Of a stretch of DNA of 64,000 bases, positions 29,374 to 40,109 are shown piece by piece. The position numbers were made by a program, and so were the translations under genes. Origin of the DNA: Dehalococcoidia bacterium (GTDB lineage: Bacteria > Chloroflexota > Dehalococcoidia > UBA6926). The stretch covers positions 6,544 to 70,543 of the forward strand of contig VXMO01000010.1 in assembly GCA_009841045.1 (NCBI GenBank), given 5' to 3'. Position 1 is the first letter of the stretch. The number at the start of each line of letters is the position of its first letter. The notes beneath the pieces were generated by a model. The model saw only the letters and a program-made list of their open reading frames with translations, was not told the DNA's origin and ran no database searches.

Positions 29374-30933
29374 CTAGTGTCGGAAATGGCGGACGCCGGT
29401 GAAGACCATGGCCGCGCCGGCGTTGTTGGCGGCGGCAATGACCTCATCGTCCCGGACGGAACCGCCGGGCTGCACCGCCGCCGTGACGCCGCCGTTGAGA
29501 CCCATCTCCAGCCCGTCCGCGAACGGGAAGAAGGCGTCCGAGGCCACGACTCCGCCCTGCGCCTCGTCACCGGCCAGTTTCAGGGCGAGCTCCACGCTGA
29601 TGAGGCGGTTCGGCTGTCCCGCGCCCATGCCGAGCAGCGCGCCGTTTTTCACGATCACAATGGCGTTGGACTTCACGTGTCGGGCGGCTTTCCACGCGAA
29701 ACGGAGATCGGCAAGCTCAGCCTCCGTTGGCGCACGCTCCGTCACCGTCTGCCAGTCGCCCATCTCACCCATATCCGCGGCCTGCACGAGGAATCCGCCG
29801 CGCACCGTGCGGATGTCCAACGAGGGACCTGCGGCGGAGGTATCGCTCATCTCCAACAGTCTCAGGTTGCGCTTCTGCGTGAGCACGGAGAGGGCGTCAT
29901 CGTCATAGGACGGGGCGATGACGATCTCATAGAACGCCTCGTTGATGGCCTCCGCAGTCGCCTTGTCCATCCGACGGTTGGCGGCGATGATGCCGCCGAA
30001 CGCAGAGACCGGGTCGCCCGCGAGGGCGCGGCTGAACGCGGTTGCGAGTTCGGGCGCAGTGGCAAGGCCGCACGGGTTGCCGTGCTTGATGATGGCAACC
30101 GTGGGGGCGTCCGGGAAGTCACAAACGACGTTCCACGCGGCGTCCGCGTCAAGGATGTTGTTGAAAGACATCTCACGGCCATGGATTTGGCGCGCAGAAG
30201 GAATACCCTGCGAGGGGCGGCTAGGGTCGTTGATCCGGTAGAGCGCGCCCGGCTGGTGGGGATTTTCTCCGTAGCGGAGCGACTGGATGGCCTGAAGGGG
30301 CAGCACGCGCTCGGCGGGGAGCGCGGCGGCCTCGTCGTCCATGCCCGCCGCTCCCAAGTCCCGGGCAAGGTAATTGGCGATGATGGTGTCGTAGGCGGAG
30401 ACGTGCTCAAATGCCTTGCGGGCAAGGCGGCGGCGCTCCGCCACGGGAACGACGCCCGCGCGCAGCATCTCCAGCACCGGGGCGTAATCGGCGGGGTCGA
30501 TCATCACGATGACGGCGGGGAAATTCTTGGCGGCGGCGCGGACCATGGTCGGTCCTCCGATATCAATCTGCTCCAGCGCGTCCATAAGCGTCACGTCCGG
30601 CTTGGACACGGTCTCTGCGAAGGGGTAGAGGTTCACGGCGATGAGGTCGATGGTACCGATGCCGTGTTCTTCCATCTGCGCTATGTGGTCCGGTTCCTCA
30701 CGTTTGGCGAGGATGCCGCCGTGGACACGGGGATGGAGGGTCTTGACGCGACCATCGAGTATCTCGGGGAAGCCGGTCAGATCCTCGATGTGTTTTGCGT
30801 CGACGCCCGCGCCAGTCAGGAAACGATGCGTGCCGCCTGTTGCGTAGACCTCCCAGCCGAGGCCGATCAACGCGTGGGCGAGGTCGTCCGCGCCGTCCTT
30901 GTTAGACGGGGCGATGATTGCTCGAAAAGTCAT
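29374..30933 (-). CDS. purH: Bifunctional AICAR transformylase/IMP cyclohydrolase PurH.
   Basis: MGS-like domain (LIGLGWEVYATGGT) and AICARFT domain; 519 aa. Confidence 0.9.
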   Translation of the reverse strand: MTFRAIIAPSNKDGADDLAHALIGLGWEVYATGGTHRFLTGAGVDAKHIEDLTGFPEILDGRVKTLHPRVHGGILAKREEPDHIAQMEEHGIGTIDLIAVNLYPFAETVSKPDVTLMDALEQIDIGGPTMVRAAAKNFPAVIVMIDPADYAPVLEMLRAGVVPVAERRRLARKAFEHVSAYDTIIANYLARDLGAAGMDDEAAALPAERVLPLQAIQSLRYGENPHQPGALYRINDPSRPSQGIPSARQIHGREMSFNNILDADAAWNVVCDFPDAPTVAIIKHGNPCGLATAPELATAFSRALAGDPVSAFGGIIAANRRMDKATAEAINEAFYEIVIAPSYDDDALSVLTQKRNLRLLEMSDTSAAGPSLDIRTVRGGFLVQAADMGEMGDWQTVTERAPTEAELADLRFAWKAARHVKSNAIVIVKNGALLGMGAGQPNRLISVELALKLAGDEAQGGVVASDAFFPFADGLEMGLNGGVTAAVQPGGSVRDDEVIAAANNAGAAMVFTGVRHFRH

Positions 30934-31970
30934 TCGCGCTCCATTCTGAGGATGATGCGCTCGCCGTCCGGCGGCCGCTCTTCAATCGTGCCGATCTGCG
31001 CGCTGCCCTCCATGGCGGACATGACCATCGACGCGTCCTGCGGGCGGACGACGGCAATCATGCCCATGCCCATGTTGAAGACATCGTACATTTCGGCCAG
31101 CGGGATTTCGCCGCGACTGCTGATGAGACGAAAGATGGGAGGAACCTCCCACGCGCCGCAGTCGACGACGGCACACAGGTTATCCGGCAGGACGCGCGGC
31201 ACGTTTTCCGCATAGCCGCCGCCCGTGATATGCGCGAGCCCACGAACACGCCGCCGCATCGGCTTCAGTTCACGGTAATAGGGCTTATGGACGGCCAACA
31301 AGGCCTCACCGATAGATTTGCCACCGAGTTCAGGCGGTTTTTCGTCAAGGTTCTCGGGGTGATTGTCTATGTCAAAGACACGGCGCGCCAGGGAGTAGCC
31401 GTTGGTGTGGAGACCGGTGGAAGGTAGACCGACGAGGACATCGCCCGCGCGGATGCCCGTCCCGTCAATGAGGTCCCAACGCTCCACCGCGCCGACGATG
31501 AATCCGGCCACATCATAGTGGCCCTCGCGGTACGTGCCGGGCATCTCGGCAGTCTCGCCGCCGATGAGAGCGATGCCGGCGGCGCTGCAGGCCTCCGCCA
31601 TGCCGCGCACGATGTCAGCGGCGTCCTGCGGATTGAGGCTGTCCGTGGCGATGTAGTCCAGGAAGAAGAGCGGATCGGCTCCCTGCACCCAGATATCGTT
31701 GATGCAGTGATTGACGAGATCCGCGCCGATGGTTGCGAACGACCCGGCCTGTTTGGCGATGTTGATCTTGGTGCCGACGCCGTCCGCGCTGGCAACGAGG
31801 ATCGGCTCACGGTAGGAGTCGAGCTTGAAGAGGCCGCCAAAGCCGCCGATGTCGCCCAGAACGCGGTTGTTGTACGTAGACCGGGCGAACGGGCGCATGA
31901 GGCGCACGGCCTCCTGCCCCGCGCCGATGTTCACACCGGCTGCCGCGTAACTAGACTCCGAGTCAGACAC
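30930..31970 (-). CDS. purM: Phosphoribosylformylglycinamidine cyclo-ligase PurM.
   Basis: SYAAAGVNIGAG...DIGGFGGLF. Start assigned to GTG at 31970-31968, overlapping the purF stop by 8 nt. The longer track ORF to 32234 overlaps purF. Confidence 0.85.
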   Translation of the reverse strand: MSDSESSYAAAGVNIGAGQEAVRLMRPFARSTYNNRVLGDIGGFGGLFKLDSYREPILVASADGVGTKINIAKQAGSFATIGADLVNHCINDIWVQGADPLFFLDYIATDSLNPQDAADIVRGMAEACSAAGIALIGGETAEMPGTYREGHYDVAGFIVGAVERWDLIDGTGIRAGDVLVGLPSTGLHTNGYSLARRVFDIDNHPENLDEKPPELGGKSIGEALLAVHKPYYRELKPMRRRVRGLAHITGGGYAENVPRVLPDNLCAVVDCGAWEVPPIFRLISSRGEIPLAEMYDVFNMGMGMIAVVRPQDASMVMSAMEGSAQIGTIEERPPDGERIILRMERE

Positions 31971-33384
31971 GCAGTGGGGTCCGCTCCAGCGCGAATTTAT
32001 CAAGCTCAACCTGGACGGGAACCGTGTATTCGCCCGTGAAACAGGCCGTGCAGAATCCCGGGCCCTCCTGGGCGACGGAACGATAAAGGCTCGGAACATC
32101 AAGGAATCCGAGGCTGTCAACGCCAAGCTCTTCGCGCACTTCTTCGACGCTGCGATCCGATGCGAGCAGTTCGGCGCGAGTAGGCATGTCAATGCCGTAG
32201 TGGCATGGGTAGCGGATGGGGGGGGCGCAGACACGGAGATGGATCTCTTTCGCGCCGGCGCTGCGATACAGATCGATCAGATGACGCGTCGTCGTGCCGC
32301 GCACGATGCTGTCATCTACGACCACAACGCGCTTGCCCTCAATGACCTCACGGAGGGGAGTCAGCTTGAGACGGACGCCTTCATCACGAAGTCGCTGATC
32401 AGGCTGAATGAATGTACGACCAACATAGCGGTTTTTGACCAGCGTCTCGTAGAACGGGATGCCGGAGCCGTGGGCGTATCCGATGCCGGCGGCGGTGGCG
32501 GAGTCCGGAACTGCGCTGACGATGTCGGCCTCGACGGGGTGCATCTCTGCCAATTCCTTGCCCATCGCCTCGCGACTCAAGTAGACACGCCGGCCCTCCA
32601 GAACGGAGTCGGGGCGGGAGAAATAGATGTGCTCGAAGATGCAGAGCGATCGCGATTCACGGCGTCCGAACGTGGAATGGATACCGGTGGCATCGATGCG
32701 GACAATCTCGCCGGGCTCCACGTCTCGAACGAACTCTGCGCCGACATTCTCCAGGGCGCAGGTCTCGGAGGCGGCCATCCAGCCGGAGTCGCCGACTTTG
32801 CCAAGGCTTAGCGGACGGAATCCGTGCGGGTCCCGGACGGCGTAGACGGCGTCCTTCGTGAGGATGGTCAGGCTGTACGCGCCTTCAAGGCGGAGCATTG
32901 CCGCCGTGATCTTTTCTTCCCACGTTTCACCTGGGAGGACGGCAATGAGCTGGGCGACGACTTCGGAATCGGTCGACGTGACGAACTGCGCGCCGAGTTC
33001 AAGCGCCTCGTGACGCAACAGTTCGGCATTGACGACGTTGCCGTTGTGTCCGAGAAGGAGCTCTCCGAGAGGGCCGTTGGCCGGGATGGGTTGGGCGTTG
33101 GCAAGCGTGGAGCTGCCGGTGGTGGAATAGCGGGTATGGCCGATGGCAAGGCTGCCCGGGATGACGTTCAGGGTGTGCTCGTCAAAGACGCGATTGACGA
33201 GGCCAAGCCCGCGATAGAGGTGGAGTTCCTGGTTGTCATCAGACGCGGCAATGCCGGCGCTTTCCTGGCCACGGTGTTGGAGTGAGAAGATACCGAAAAA
33301 GGCTGCCCGCGCGGCATCTCCGCCCGGTAGGTAGATGCCAACGACGCCGCAAGCGTCGTGCAACTTGTCGTCGTCCACTCTCAC
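31963..33384 (-). CDS. purF: Amidophosphoribosyltransferase PurF.
   Basis: N-terminal CGVVGIY Ntn nucleophile and PRTase domain; 473 aa. Confidence 0.9.
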   Translation of the reverse strand: MRVDDDKLHDACGVVGIYLPGGDAARAAFFGIFSLQHRGQESAGIAASDDNQELHLYRGLGLVNRVFDEHTLNVIPGSLAIGHTRYSTTGSSTLANAQPIPANGPLGELLLGHNGNVVNAELLRHEALELGAQFVTSTDSEVVAQLIAVLPGETWEEKITAAMLRLEGAYSLTILTKDAVYAVRDPHGFRPLSLGKVGDSGWMAASETCALENVGAEFVRDVEPGEIVRIDATGIHSTFGRRESRSLCIFEHIYFSRPDSVLEGRRVYLSREAMGKELAEMHPVEADIVSAVPDSATAAGIGYAHGSGIPFYETLVKNRYVGRTFIQPDQRLRDEGVRLKLTPLREVIEGKRVVVVDDSIVRGTTTRHLIDLYRSAGAKEIHLRVCAPPIRYPCHYGIDMPTRAELLASDRSVEEVREELGVDSLGFLDVPSLYRSVAQEGPGFCTACFTGEYTVPVQVELDKFALERTPLRV

Positions 33385-33539
33385 CTACCGGTGAACATCA
33401 GGTCGAGCTCCCAGACGCTGCCTAATGGAAACAAGGTAAAGGATACCAAATCTCAGGTCAGAACGCACCCCAAAAGGCGCCGTGTTGACGAGGAATTCAG
33501 GCCTTGCCGGCGTGGAGGCGGAGGCTAATGACTCTCCCG

Positions 33540-34736
33540 CTAGCCCGAGACGCTTGCGATGGCGTCCTCCAGAATGGCTACGCCCTTGTCCATGTCCTCA
33601 TCCGTCAGCGTGAGGGGGGGCATGAGACGGAGGGCGTTGGGGCGGACGCGGTTGACCAACATGCCGCGCTCCAAGCAGGCGGTTAGCAGATCACCCGCGA
33701 TTTCGTCCTTGAATTGCACGGCCGCCAGCAGGCCCATCCCGCGCACCTCGGCAATCGACGAATGGCGGTCCGCGAGGCCCTTGAGCGCCCCTAGCAGCCG
33801 CTCTCCCGATGCGCGAACCCGGCCGGGGATGTCCTCCTCCAATACTGTGCGAATGACAGCACGGGCGGCGGCGGTCGTCAGGACATTGCCACCGTAGGTG
33901 GAACCGTGGTCGCCATAGGTGAGCGCGTCTGCGTGATCCTTGGTGAGGAACGCGCCAATGGGCACGCCACCACCGAGTCCCTTCGCGAGCGACATGACAT
34001 CCGGCTCTACTCCAAAAGCCTGGTATCCGAAGAGATGGCCAAGCCTGCCGACTCCCGTCTGCACTTCATCCAGAATCAGCAGCAGGTTGTTCTCGTCGCA
34101 CCATGCGCGGACGGCGGGCAGGTAGTCGGGATCGGGAACGTTGACGCCGCCCTCTCCCTGAACCGGTTCCAGCATCACGGCCACCGTGCGCTCACTTGTC
34201 GCCTCACGGATGGCGGCCATGTCATTGAACGGGACGTGGACAAAGCCGGGTGTGAGGGGCTTGAAACCCTCCTGGTAGTGCGGCTGGCCGGTGGCGGCGA
34301 CGGTGGTCATTGTGCGGCCATGGAAGGATTCCAGGGCAGTGATGATCTCATACGCGCCGTCCTTGTGGAGCGCTCCGTAGCGACGTGCAACCTTAATCGC
34401 GCCCTCCACGGCCTCCGCGCCGCTGTTGCAGAAGAAGACGCGATCCATGCAGGAGTTGTCGATGAGCAACTGCGCGAGTTCAATCTGCGGGACGGTGTAG
34501 AAGGCGTTGGATGTCTGGATCAGCGTGGCGGCCTGCTCCGCGATGGCCTCCGTCATGGCCGGATGGGAGTGTCCCAGCGTGGCCGTTGCCCATCCGCCGA
34601 CGAAATCCAGGTACTCTTTCCCCTTGTCGTCCCACACTGTGCTGTCTTTACCGCGCACGAGAGTGACCGGAACGCGGCGCACCGTCTGCATGTAATAGTC
34701 GGACTCAACCTGCTGCCAGTCTTTGGCTGTACTCAT
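33540..34736 (-). CDS. argD: Class III aminotransferase, acetylornithine aminotransferase (ArgD)-like.
   Basis: PLP fold III motifs and Lys region (DVMSLAKGLGGG); arg genes nearby. Confidence 0.7.
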   Translation of the reverse strand: MSTAKDWQQVESDYYMQTVRRVPVTLVRGKDSTVWDDKGKEYLDFVGGWATATLGHSHPAMTEAIAEQAATLIQTSNAFYTVPQIELAQLLIDNSCMDRVFFCNSGAEAVEGAIKVARRYGALHKDGAYEIITALESFHGRTMTTVAATGQPHYQEGFKPLTPGFVHVPFNDMAAIREATSERTVAVMLEPVQGEGGVNVPDPDYLPAVRAWCDENNLLLILDEVQTGVGRLGHLFGYQAFGVEPDVMSLAKGLGGGVPIGAFLTKDHADALTYGDHGSTYGGNVLTTAAARAVIRTVLEEDIPGRVRASGERLLGALKGLADRHSSIAEVRGMGLLAAVQFKDEIAGDLLTACLERGMLVNRVRPNALRLMPPLTLTDEDMDKGVAILEDAIASVSG

Positions 34737-34860
34737 ATGATTCGCTCCATTGTTGTCAGTGGATACAGGGAAAAGGCGTGAATGTCTCGCGCGTGGTTTC
34801 CGTATAAACTATCGTACCGCGTAGGGGCACAAGTCGATAGGGCGAGCTTATGGGGGAGCC

Positions 34861-35238
34861 ATGACGGAATCTGCGGTCAATGAGCCATTCAGCCTGTTCA
34901 CTACAAGCGCATTGCTCGGTGACGACCTAAAAGTCTCGGCGCTCGGCTCTGATGGCAGTGCCTCCGACGGGTGGGTTGTGGGCGTGCAGCACGTCGCCGA
35001 GTCGTGGGCAGAGTGGCGGCGCCAGCCTGACGGGGATGCGCTCCTGTTCCTGCTCTGGGGCGCGGCGGTTGTCCTTACTACTCAAGACCCCGCGGAGGAC
35101 GCAACCTCGGATGACCTCAAGGCGGCCAGCGCGTTTATCGTGCCGTCCGGGACGTGGTACCGGGTGACGGTGGAAGAACCGTCAAACCTGCTGACTGCCG
35201 TGCGGGCAGGTGGAACTGAGAGTCGTCCTGTCAGTTAG
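34861..35238 (+). CDS. Hypothetical protein, possibly cupin-like.
   Basis: 125-aa ORF; beta-rich C-terminus (IVPSGTWYRVTV); weak. Confidence 0.35.
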   Translation: MTESAVNEPFSLFTTSALLGDDLKVSALGSDGSASDGWVVGVQHVAESWAEWRRQPDGDALLFLLWGAAVVLTTQDPAEDATSDDLKAASAFIVPSGTWYRVTVEEPSNLLTAVRAGGTESRPVS

Positions 35239-35240
35239 CC

Positions 35241-37988
35241 CTACGCCGCTCTCTCTTCTTCGTCCAGCGCCTCGTCTATCGTCAGGGAGATGTCCTCGAT
35301 CTGCTGAGTGAGTTGCGCGGCGGATTCTCGTAGGCGTTCCAGTTCCGCGCGGAGGCGATCAATCACGCTGTCCGAGGGCATGTCGTCCGTTCCGGTTGCC
35401 GGGGTAGTCGGCTCGCGAATGGCCGTTGTGCCACCGCGCCCGGCGAGGAGATTGTTCAGCGATTGGCTCAGGGTCGGGAGCATGACAGGTTCCTCGCCCT
35501 GCTGCACAAGCACCACACGCGTCAATTGCGGGTAATCAATGTCCTCGGCTTTGAGGTAGATCGGTTCCGCATACATGAGGTGGTCGCCAACCGGGATGAC
35601 GAGCAGGTTTCCTCGCAGGACGTTCGATCCCGCCTGATCCCACAACGTAAATTGCTGCGAGATTTCGGGGTTCGTGGTAATGCGCGCCTCAACCTGCTGC
35701 GGGCCGTCAATCTGCCGCTCCTTCGGGAAGGTGTACGCGATGAGCGATCCGTAGTTCTCGCCGTCGTTGCGGGCTGCCAGCCATCCAACAAGGTTCGGCT
35801 TGCCGTCCGGCGTGAACGGCATAATCAGCACGAACTCCTCCTGTTCTTCACCGGGCAGGCCCATGATGAGGTAGTAGGGCTCCATTACCTGTGCCTGATC
35901 GCTGAAGAACAACTCCAGCGGGAAGTTCCACAAGTCCTCCTGGTTATAGAAGACCTGCGGGTCCGTCATGTGGAACTTGAGATACTTGTCCGCCTGGATG
36001 GTGAAGAAGTCCTCCGGGTAGCGGAGATGGGAGCGTAGCGCTTCCGGCATCTCGCTCATCGGCTTGAAGAGGTCGGGGAACACGCTCTCGTAGGTCCTGA
36101 TGATGCCGTCCGATTCATCCGCGATGTAGAGATCGACGGATCCGTCATAGGCGTCGATAACGGCCTTGACGCTGTTGCGGATGTAGTTGAAGCCACTGGG
36201 CGCAGGTTCCGAATACGGGAAACGGTCGCTGATCGTATAGGCGTCCTGGACCCAGTACAGTTTGCCGTCCGCCACGACGATGTAGGGGTCGGAATCAAGC
36301 GCGAGGAACGGCGCGAGATGGCCGACACGCTCCTGGATCTCACGGTAATAGAGGATCTGGCTTTCATCCGTGATTGCGCCGGTGATCAGGATGTTGAGGT
36401 CGGTGAAGCGCCACGCAAAGAGGACACGCGACAGCAGGCCGCTTATGGAGACACCATCCCCCTCATAGGATCGATAGACCGGGCCGGCGTCCGTTGGATG
36501 ATCAAATTCGGGCGTGGTACTTCGCACAATAACCCAGTCGTCAGTCGCCTCACCAAAGTAGACCTGTGGGACGTCGACGTGCGGAGCGCCGGTGACGGGC
36601 TCGGGCGGAATGTCCTGCAGGAAGAACTCCGGGAGGCCGTCCTGGGTGAATTCCGTCACGGGGCTCATCGCCGCGCCATAGCCGTGCGTGTATTGGAGGC
36701 GCTCATTGACCCACGTCTGCGCTTGCGGGTCCAGCTGTGATTGCACGAGCTCACGCGTGCCCACCATCACCTGCCGGTAGTCGCCGTCAATTGTGTAACG
36801 ATCTATATCGATATCCAGGAACGAGTATTGGAGTCGGAAGAATTGAATCTGGTTGTAGATGTCACGGAGAGGCCGGTGATCCCACAGGCGTATGTTCTCA
36901 AAGGTGCCCGGGTTGGCATTCACAATGTCACCGGTGATGACCTCCGGGCTTGAATCGTACGGCTGCTCCTCAATGCGGTTGAGGGCAAAACCCTCCCGCG
37001 TCATCTCAATGCTGCGCTCAATGTATGTTTGCTCACGCTCAAACTCGTTCGGCTGAACCTGGAAGCGCTGAACGGCTGCGGGCAAGAGCCCGGTGCCGAC
37101 AGTGAGCGCAAGGAACCAGATGCCGATTGCGGCCAACGGGAGGCCCTGCCAGCGGAGGAACGAGTTGGCGGCAAGGACAATCGCCACAATGATGCTGATG
37201 ACAATCAGAACCCTCAGCGCCGGCTGACGAATCACGACGTCCGTGTAGGCCGCGCCATAAGCCGCGCCTCGGGCCGAATACAGGAGTTCCTGAAGGCTCA
37301 GCCAGTACCCGATGGCAAGGAGCAGGAAGAACACGACTCCCAGGCCGGACAGGTGGGCACGGAGGGTCGGCGTCAGCTGGAACTGGAAGCCGCCAAGGGC
37401 AAAGTTGATGGCGTAGATGCCCACGGCAAAGAGGGCGTTGACGATGACGACACCAAGCGCCCACCCTTGCAGGAATCGATAGAAGGGCAAATCAAATAGA
37501 TATGCCGAGACATCGCGGTTGTAGAGCGGGTCTGTGAGATTAAACATCTCCGCGTTCGTAAACCGCAATGCTGTTTCCCAATACCCGGACGCTGCCGCGC
37601 CGAAGACAATAGACAGCAGGATGCCAGCCACGATAAGACCGATGAAGACCAGCCGCCGCGCCCACGTGAGCGCTTCAAGCGGGATGTTCAGCGCCGCTTC
37701 CGGCGAGATGCCCTTGGGCGAGTAGCGCTGTGCCAGGTAGACGTTCGCCCCAAAGACGACGGCAAAGACCAGCGCGCCGAGCACGAACAGGGCGACACGT
37801 GTTGTGAGAATCGTCGTAAAGACGGACAGGTAGCCGAGATTATCGAACCAGAGCCAGTCGACGTAGATGTTGGCGGCTATCGAACCGCCAATCCAGAGGA
37901 GGAGCAACGCGCCGAGCGGAATCGCCCAGTTGAGGATGGATGAGAGGCGCGGCGGCTCCCGTCGCTCAAATTCGTCCAGAAAGCTCAC
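35241..37988 (-). CDS. UPF0182 family large membrane protein.
   Basis: 915 aa; N-terminal multi-TM region followed by a large extracytoplasmic domain, typical of UPF0182. Its ATG overlaps the argB stop (ATGA). Confidence 0.7.
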   Translation of the reverse strand: MSFLDEFERREPPRLSSILNWAIPLGALLLLWIGGSIAANIYVDWLWFDNLGYLSVFTTILTTRVALFVLGALVFAVVFGANVYLAQRYSPKGISPEAALNIPLEALTWARRLVFIGLIVAGILLSIVFGAAASGYWETALRFTNAEMFNLTDPLYNRDVSAYLFDLPFYRFLQGWALGVVIVNALFAVGIYAINFALGGFQFQLTPTLRAHLSGLGVVFFLLLAIGYWLSLQELLYSARGAAYGAAYTDVVIRQPALRVLIVISIIVAIVLAANSFLRWQGLPLAAIGIWFLALTVGTGLLPAAVQRFQVQPNEFEREQTYIERSIEMTREGFALNRIEEQPYDSSPEVITGDIVNANPGTFENIRLWDHRPLRDIYNQIQFFRLQYSFLDIDIDRYTIDGDYRQVMVGTRELVQSQLDPQAQTWVNERLQYTHGYGAAMSPVTEFTQDGLPEFFLQDIPPEPVTGAPHVDVPQVYFGEATDDWVIVRSTTPEFDHPTDAGPVYRSYEGDGVSISGLLSRVLFAWRFTDLNILITGAITDESQILYYREIQERVGHLAPFLALDSDPYIVVADGKLYWVQDAYTISDRFPYSEPAPSGFNYIRNSVKAVIDAYDGSVDLYIADESDGIIRTYESVFPDLFKPMSEMPEALRSHLRYPEDFFTIQADKYLKFHMTDPQVFYNQEDLWNFPLELFFSDQAQVMEPYYLIMGLPGEEQEEFVLIMPFTPDGKPNLVGWLAARNDGENYGSLIAYTFPKERQIDGPQQVEARITTNPEISQQFTLWDQAGSNVLRGNLLVIPVGDHLMYAEPIYLKAEDIDYPQLTRVVLVQQGEEPVMLPTLSQSLNNLLAGRGGTTAIREPTTPATGTDDMPSDSVIDRLRAELERLRESAAQLTQQIEDISLTIDEALDEEERAA

Positions 37989-38794
37989 GCCGTTGCTCCT
38001 GCCGTTGCTGCTTGTTTGGTCTCTTTCACTATGCGCGTACCAGTATCGTGCTCAAGCGCGTCACGCAGAGCATTCGGAACACGGCCATCGATGATTTGCG
38101 CGGTTTGGGCATGGGCCAAAGCGTTCAGGCAGGCCGTCACCTTGGGAATCATGCCGCCGGTGATGATGCCGTCGTCTATCAACTCTTGCACACGCGCTTC
38201 TGACAGAGTGGGCAGCACATCGCCGTCAGCGCCCAAGACGCCCGGCACGTCCGTCATGAAGATGACACGGTCAGCCTCCAGTGCGCCGGCAAGAGCGCCC
38301 GCTACGGAGTCCGCGTTGACGTTCAGCAGCCTGCCTTTGTCGCTCGCGTCTATGGAGACGGGCGAGAATACGGGGATGAAATCGTGGTGGAGCAGGCCAG
38401 TGATGAGATCGGTCTGGATTGAAGCAACCTCGCCCACCCGGCCAAGCTCAGGATCTTTCACTTCGGCGGCGATGACTGCGCCGTCCGCGCCGGTCAGACC
38501 AACGCCTCGCCCGCCCGCCTCTCCGATGGACGCCACGATACGCGTATTGACCAGCCCGCAGAGAACCGCGGTGACGACATCCAACGCCTCGTCGCTTGTG
38601 ACGCGCAGGCCACGCACGAAGGTCGATTCGACACCAACCTGGTCGAGCCACTGAGATATCAGCGGGCCGCCACCGTGAACGACGACGGGCCAGACGCCCT
38701 GCTTCTGCACGGCAACGAGGTCATGGAAGGTCGTATCGTCAGGGCCAAGGGCGTTCCCGCCTATCTTGACGACTATCCGGGCGTTTTCAGCCAT
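37985..38794 (-). CDS. argB: Acetylglutamate kinase ArgB.
   Basis: MAENARIVVKIGGNAL...VVVHGGGP. Start at ATG 38794; the track ORF extension to 38980 overlaps argJ. Confidence 0.85.
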   Translation of the reverse strand: MAENARIVVKIGGNALGPDDTTFHDLVAVQKQGVWPVVVHGGGPLISQWLDQVGVESTFVRGLRVTSDEALDVVTAVLCGLVNTRIVASIGEAGGRGVGLTGADGAVIAAEVKDPELGRVGEVASIQTDLITGLLHHDFIPVFSPVSIDASDKGRLLNVNADSVAGALAGALEADRVIFMTDVPGVLGADGDVLPTLSEARVQELIDDGIITGGMIPKVTACLNALAHAQTAQIIDGRVPNALRDALEHDTGTRIVKETKQAATAGATA

Positions 38795-38882
38795 TACACT
38801 CCCGCACCTATTGATATCTGAAACAGCATTCAGACTACCAGAGTAACGAATACGGCGGGATTCTACAGCACTCGGGACGCGG

Positions 38883-40109
38883 TCAGGTGGTGTATTCGCC
38901 GTTGATGCGCACGTATTCGTAGGAGAAATCACACGTCCACGCCGTGGCCGCCGCGTCGCCGAGGCCAAGCGATACGTCAAAGCGCACTTCAGCCTGCTTC
39001 ATGCGCTCCACAGCTTCGTCCCTGTCAAAGGGAACGGCTTGTCCGTTCTCCAGCACGCAGATGTCATTGAAGTGCAGGCTCACGCGGGATTCCTGCATCT
39101 CCACGCCGCTCCGTCCCAGTGCCATCATCACGCGGCCCCAATTGGGATCATTGCCGAAGACGGCGGTTTTGACGAGTGGTGACGTGGAGATGACGCGAGC
39201 CGCCTGCCGGGCGTCATCATCGCTTAGAGCGCCGGACACATTGATCTCAATGAGCTTGGTGGCGCCCTCACCGTCGCGCACGATGGCCTTTGCAAGTTCC
39301 ATGGAGACGTGAGTGATGGCCTCTTCTATGAGCGCCGCATCTTCTCCACCGGTGATGGAAGCGTTGCCTGCCGCCCCGTTGGCGATGACGATGAGCGTGT
39401 CATTTGTCGACGTATCGCCATCCACGCTAATCATGTTGAAGGAGCGGCTTACTGCACGTTTAAGGATGCCGTTCAGACAATTCTGCTCGATGGCGGCGTC
39501 CGTTGTGACGAATGCGAGCATCGTTGCCATGTCCGGGTGGATCATGCCAGAGCCCTTGGTTGCGCCTGCGACTGTGACTGTCTTGCCATCAATCTCCACT
39601 GTGGCGGCGCTTTCCTTCGATACGAGGTCGGTCGTCATGATGGCCAAGGCGAAGTCATGCCCGGCATCGTCCATCAGTTCAACAGCGTCAATGCCGCGGC
39701 GCATCACGTCCATCGGCATTGGCGCGCCGATGACGCCGGTGCTGCAAACAAGCACTTCCTCGGGGCGCAGGCCCAGCTTTTCGGCCACCATCTGCGCCGA
39801 TGCGCGGGCATCAGTCATACCCTGATCGCCAACAGCCGCGTTGGCGTTGCCGCTGTTGACGACGACGGCCCGAGGTGCTGTTTGGGCGATATGCTCGCGG
39901 CTCAGGACGACGGGAGCCGCCGTAACCTTGTTCTTCGTGAATACCGCCGCTCCCGTCGTTTCTCCATCTGCGACAAGGATGGTCACGTCGAGGACATCGT
40001 CCGGCGTATCTGAACGGATGCCAGCGTGTACTGCGCCGGCGCGGAATCCGCGCGGCGAGGTGACAGTGCCATTTTCCAGTGGCGTGATGGTCATTTCGTG
40101 TGTCTCCAA
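38883..40109 (-). CDS. argJ: Bifunctional glutamate N-acetyltransferase/amino-acid acetyltransferase ArgJ.
   Basis: ATKGSGMIHPDMATMLAFVTTD self-cleavage and catalytic Thr region. Confidence 0.9.
   Translation of the reverse strand: METHEMTITPLENGTVTSPRGFRAGAVHAGIRSDTPDDVLDVTILVADGETTGAAVFTKNKVTAAPVVLSREHIAQTAPRAVVVNSGNANAAVGDQGMTDARASAQMVAEKLGLRPEEVLVCSTGVIGAPMPMDVMRRGIDAVELMDDAGHDFALAIMTTDLVSKESAATVEIDGKTVTVAGATKGSGMIHPDMATMLAFVTTDAAIEQNCLNGILKRAVSRSFNMISVDGDTSTNDTLIVIANGAAGNASITGGEDAALIEEAITHVSMELAKAIVRDGEGATKLIEINVSGALSDDDARQAARVISTSPLVKTAVFGNDPNWGRVMMALGRSGVEMQESRVSLHFNDICVLENGQAVPFDRDEAVERMKQAEVRFDVSLGLGDAAATAWTCDFSYEYVRINGEYTT

Noticed and set aside
28960-31215. 751-aa plus-strand ORF across GT2, purH and purM.
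   Set aside because: Antisense to three recognisable genes; Arg/Gly/Asp-rich translation with no motifs.
31971-32234. N-terminal 88-aa extension of the purM ORF.
   Set aside because: Overlaps the 3' end of purF in another frame. The PurM homology starts at the GTG at 31970, giving a canonical 347-aa PurM.
33385-33539. Possible purine or ZTP riboswitch upstream of purF.
   Set aside because: No recognisable purine-aptamer (UAUA...GGGA...CCGUAAAU-like) or ZTP (pfl) consensus elements could be seen by eye; only a generic leader.
38795-38980. N-terminal extension of the argB ORF.
   Set aside because: Overlaps argJ. The conserved ArgB N-terminus begins at MAENARIVVKIGGN.
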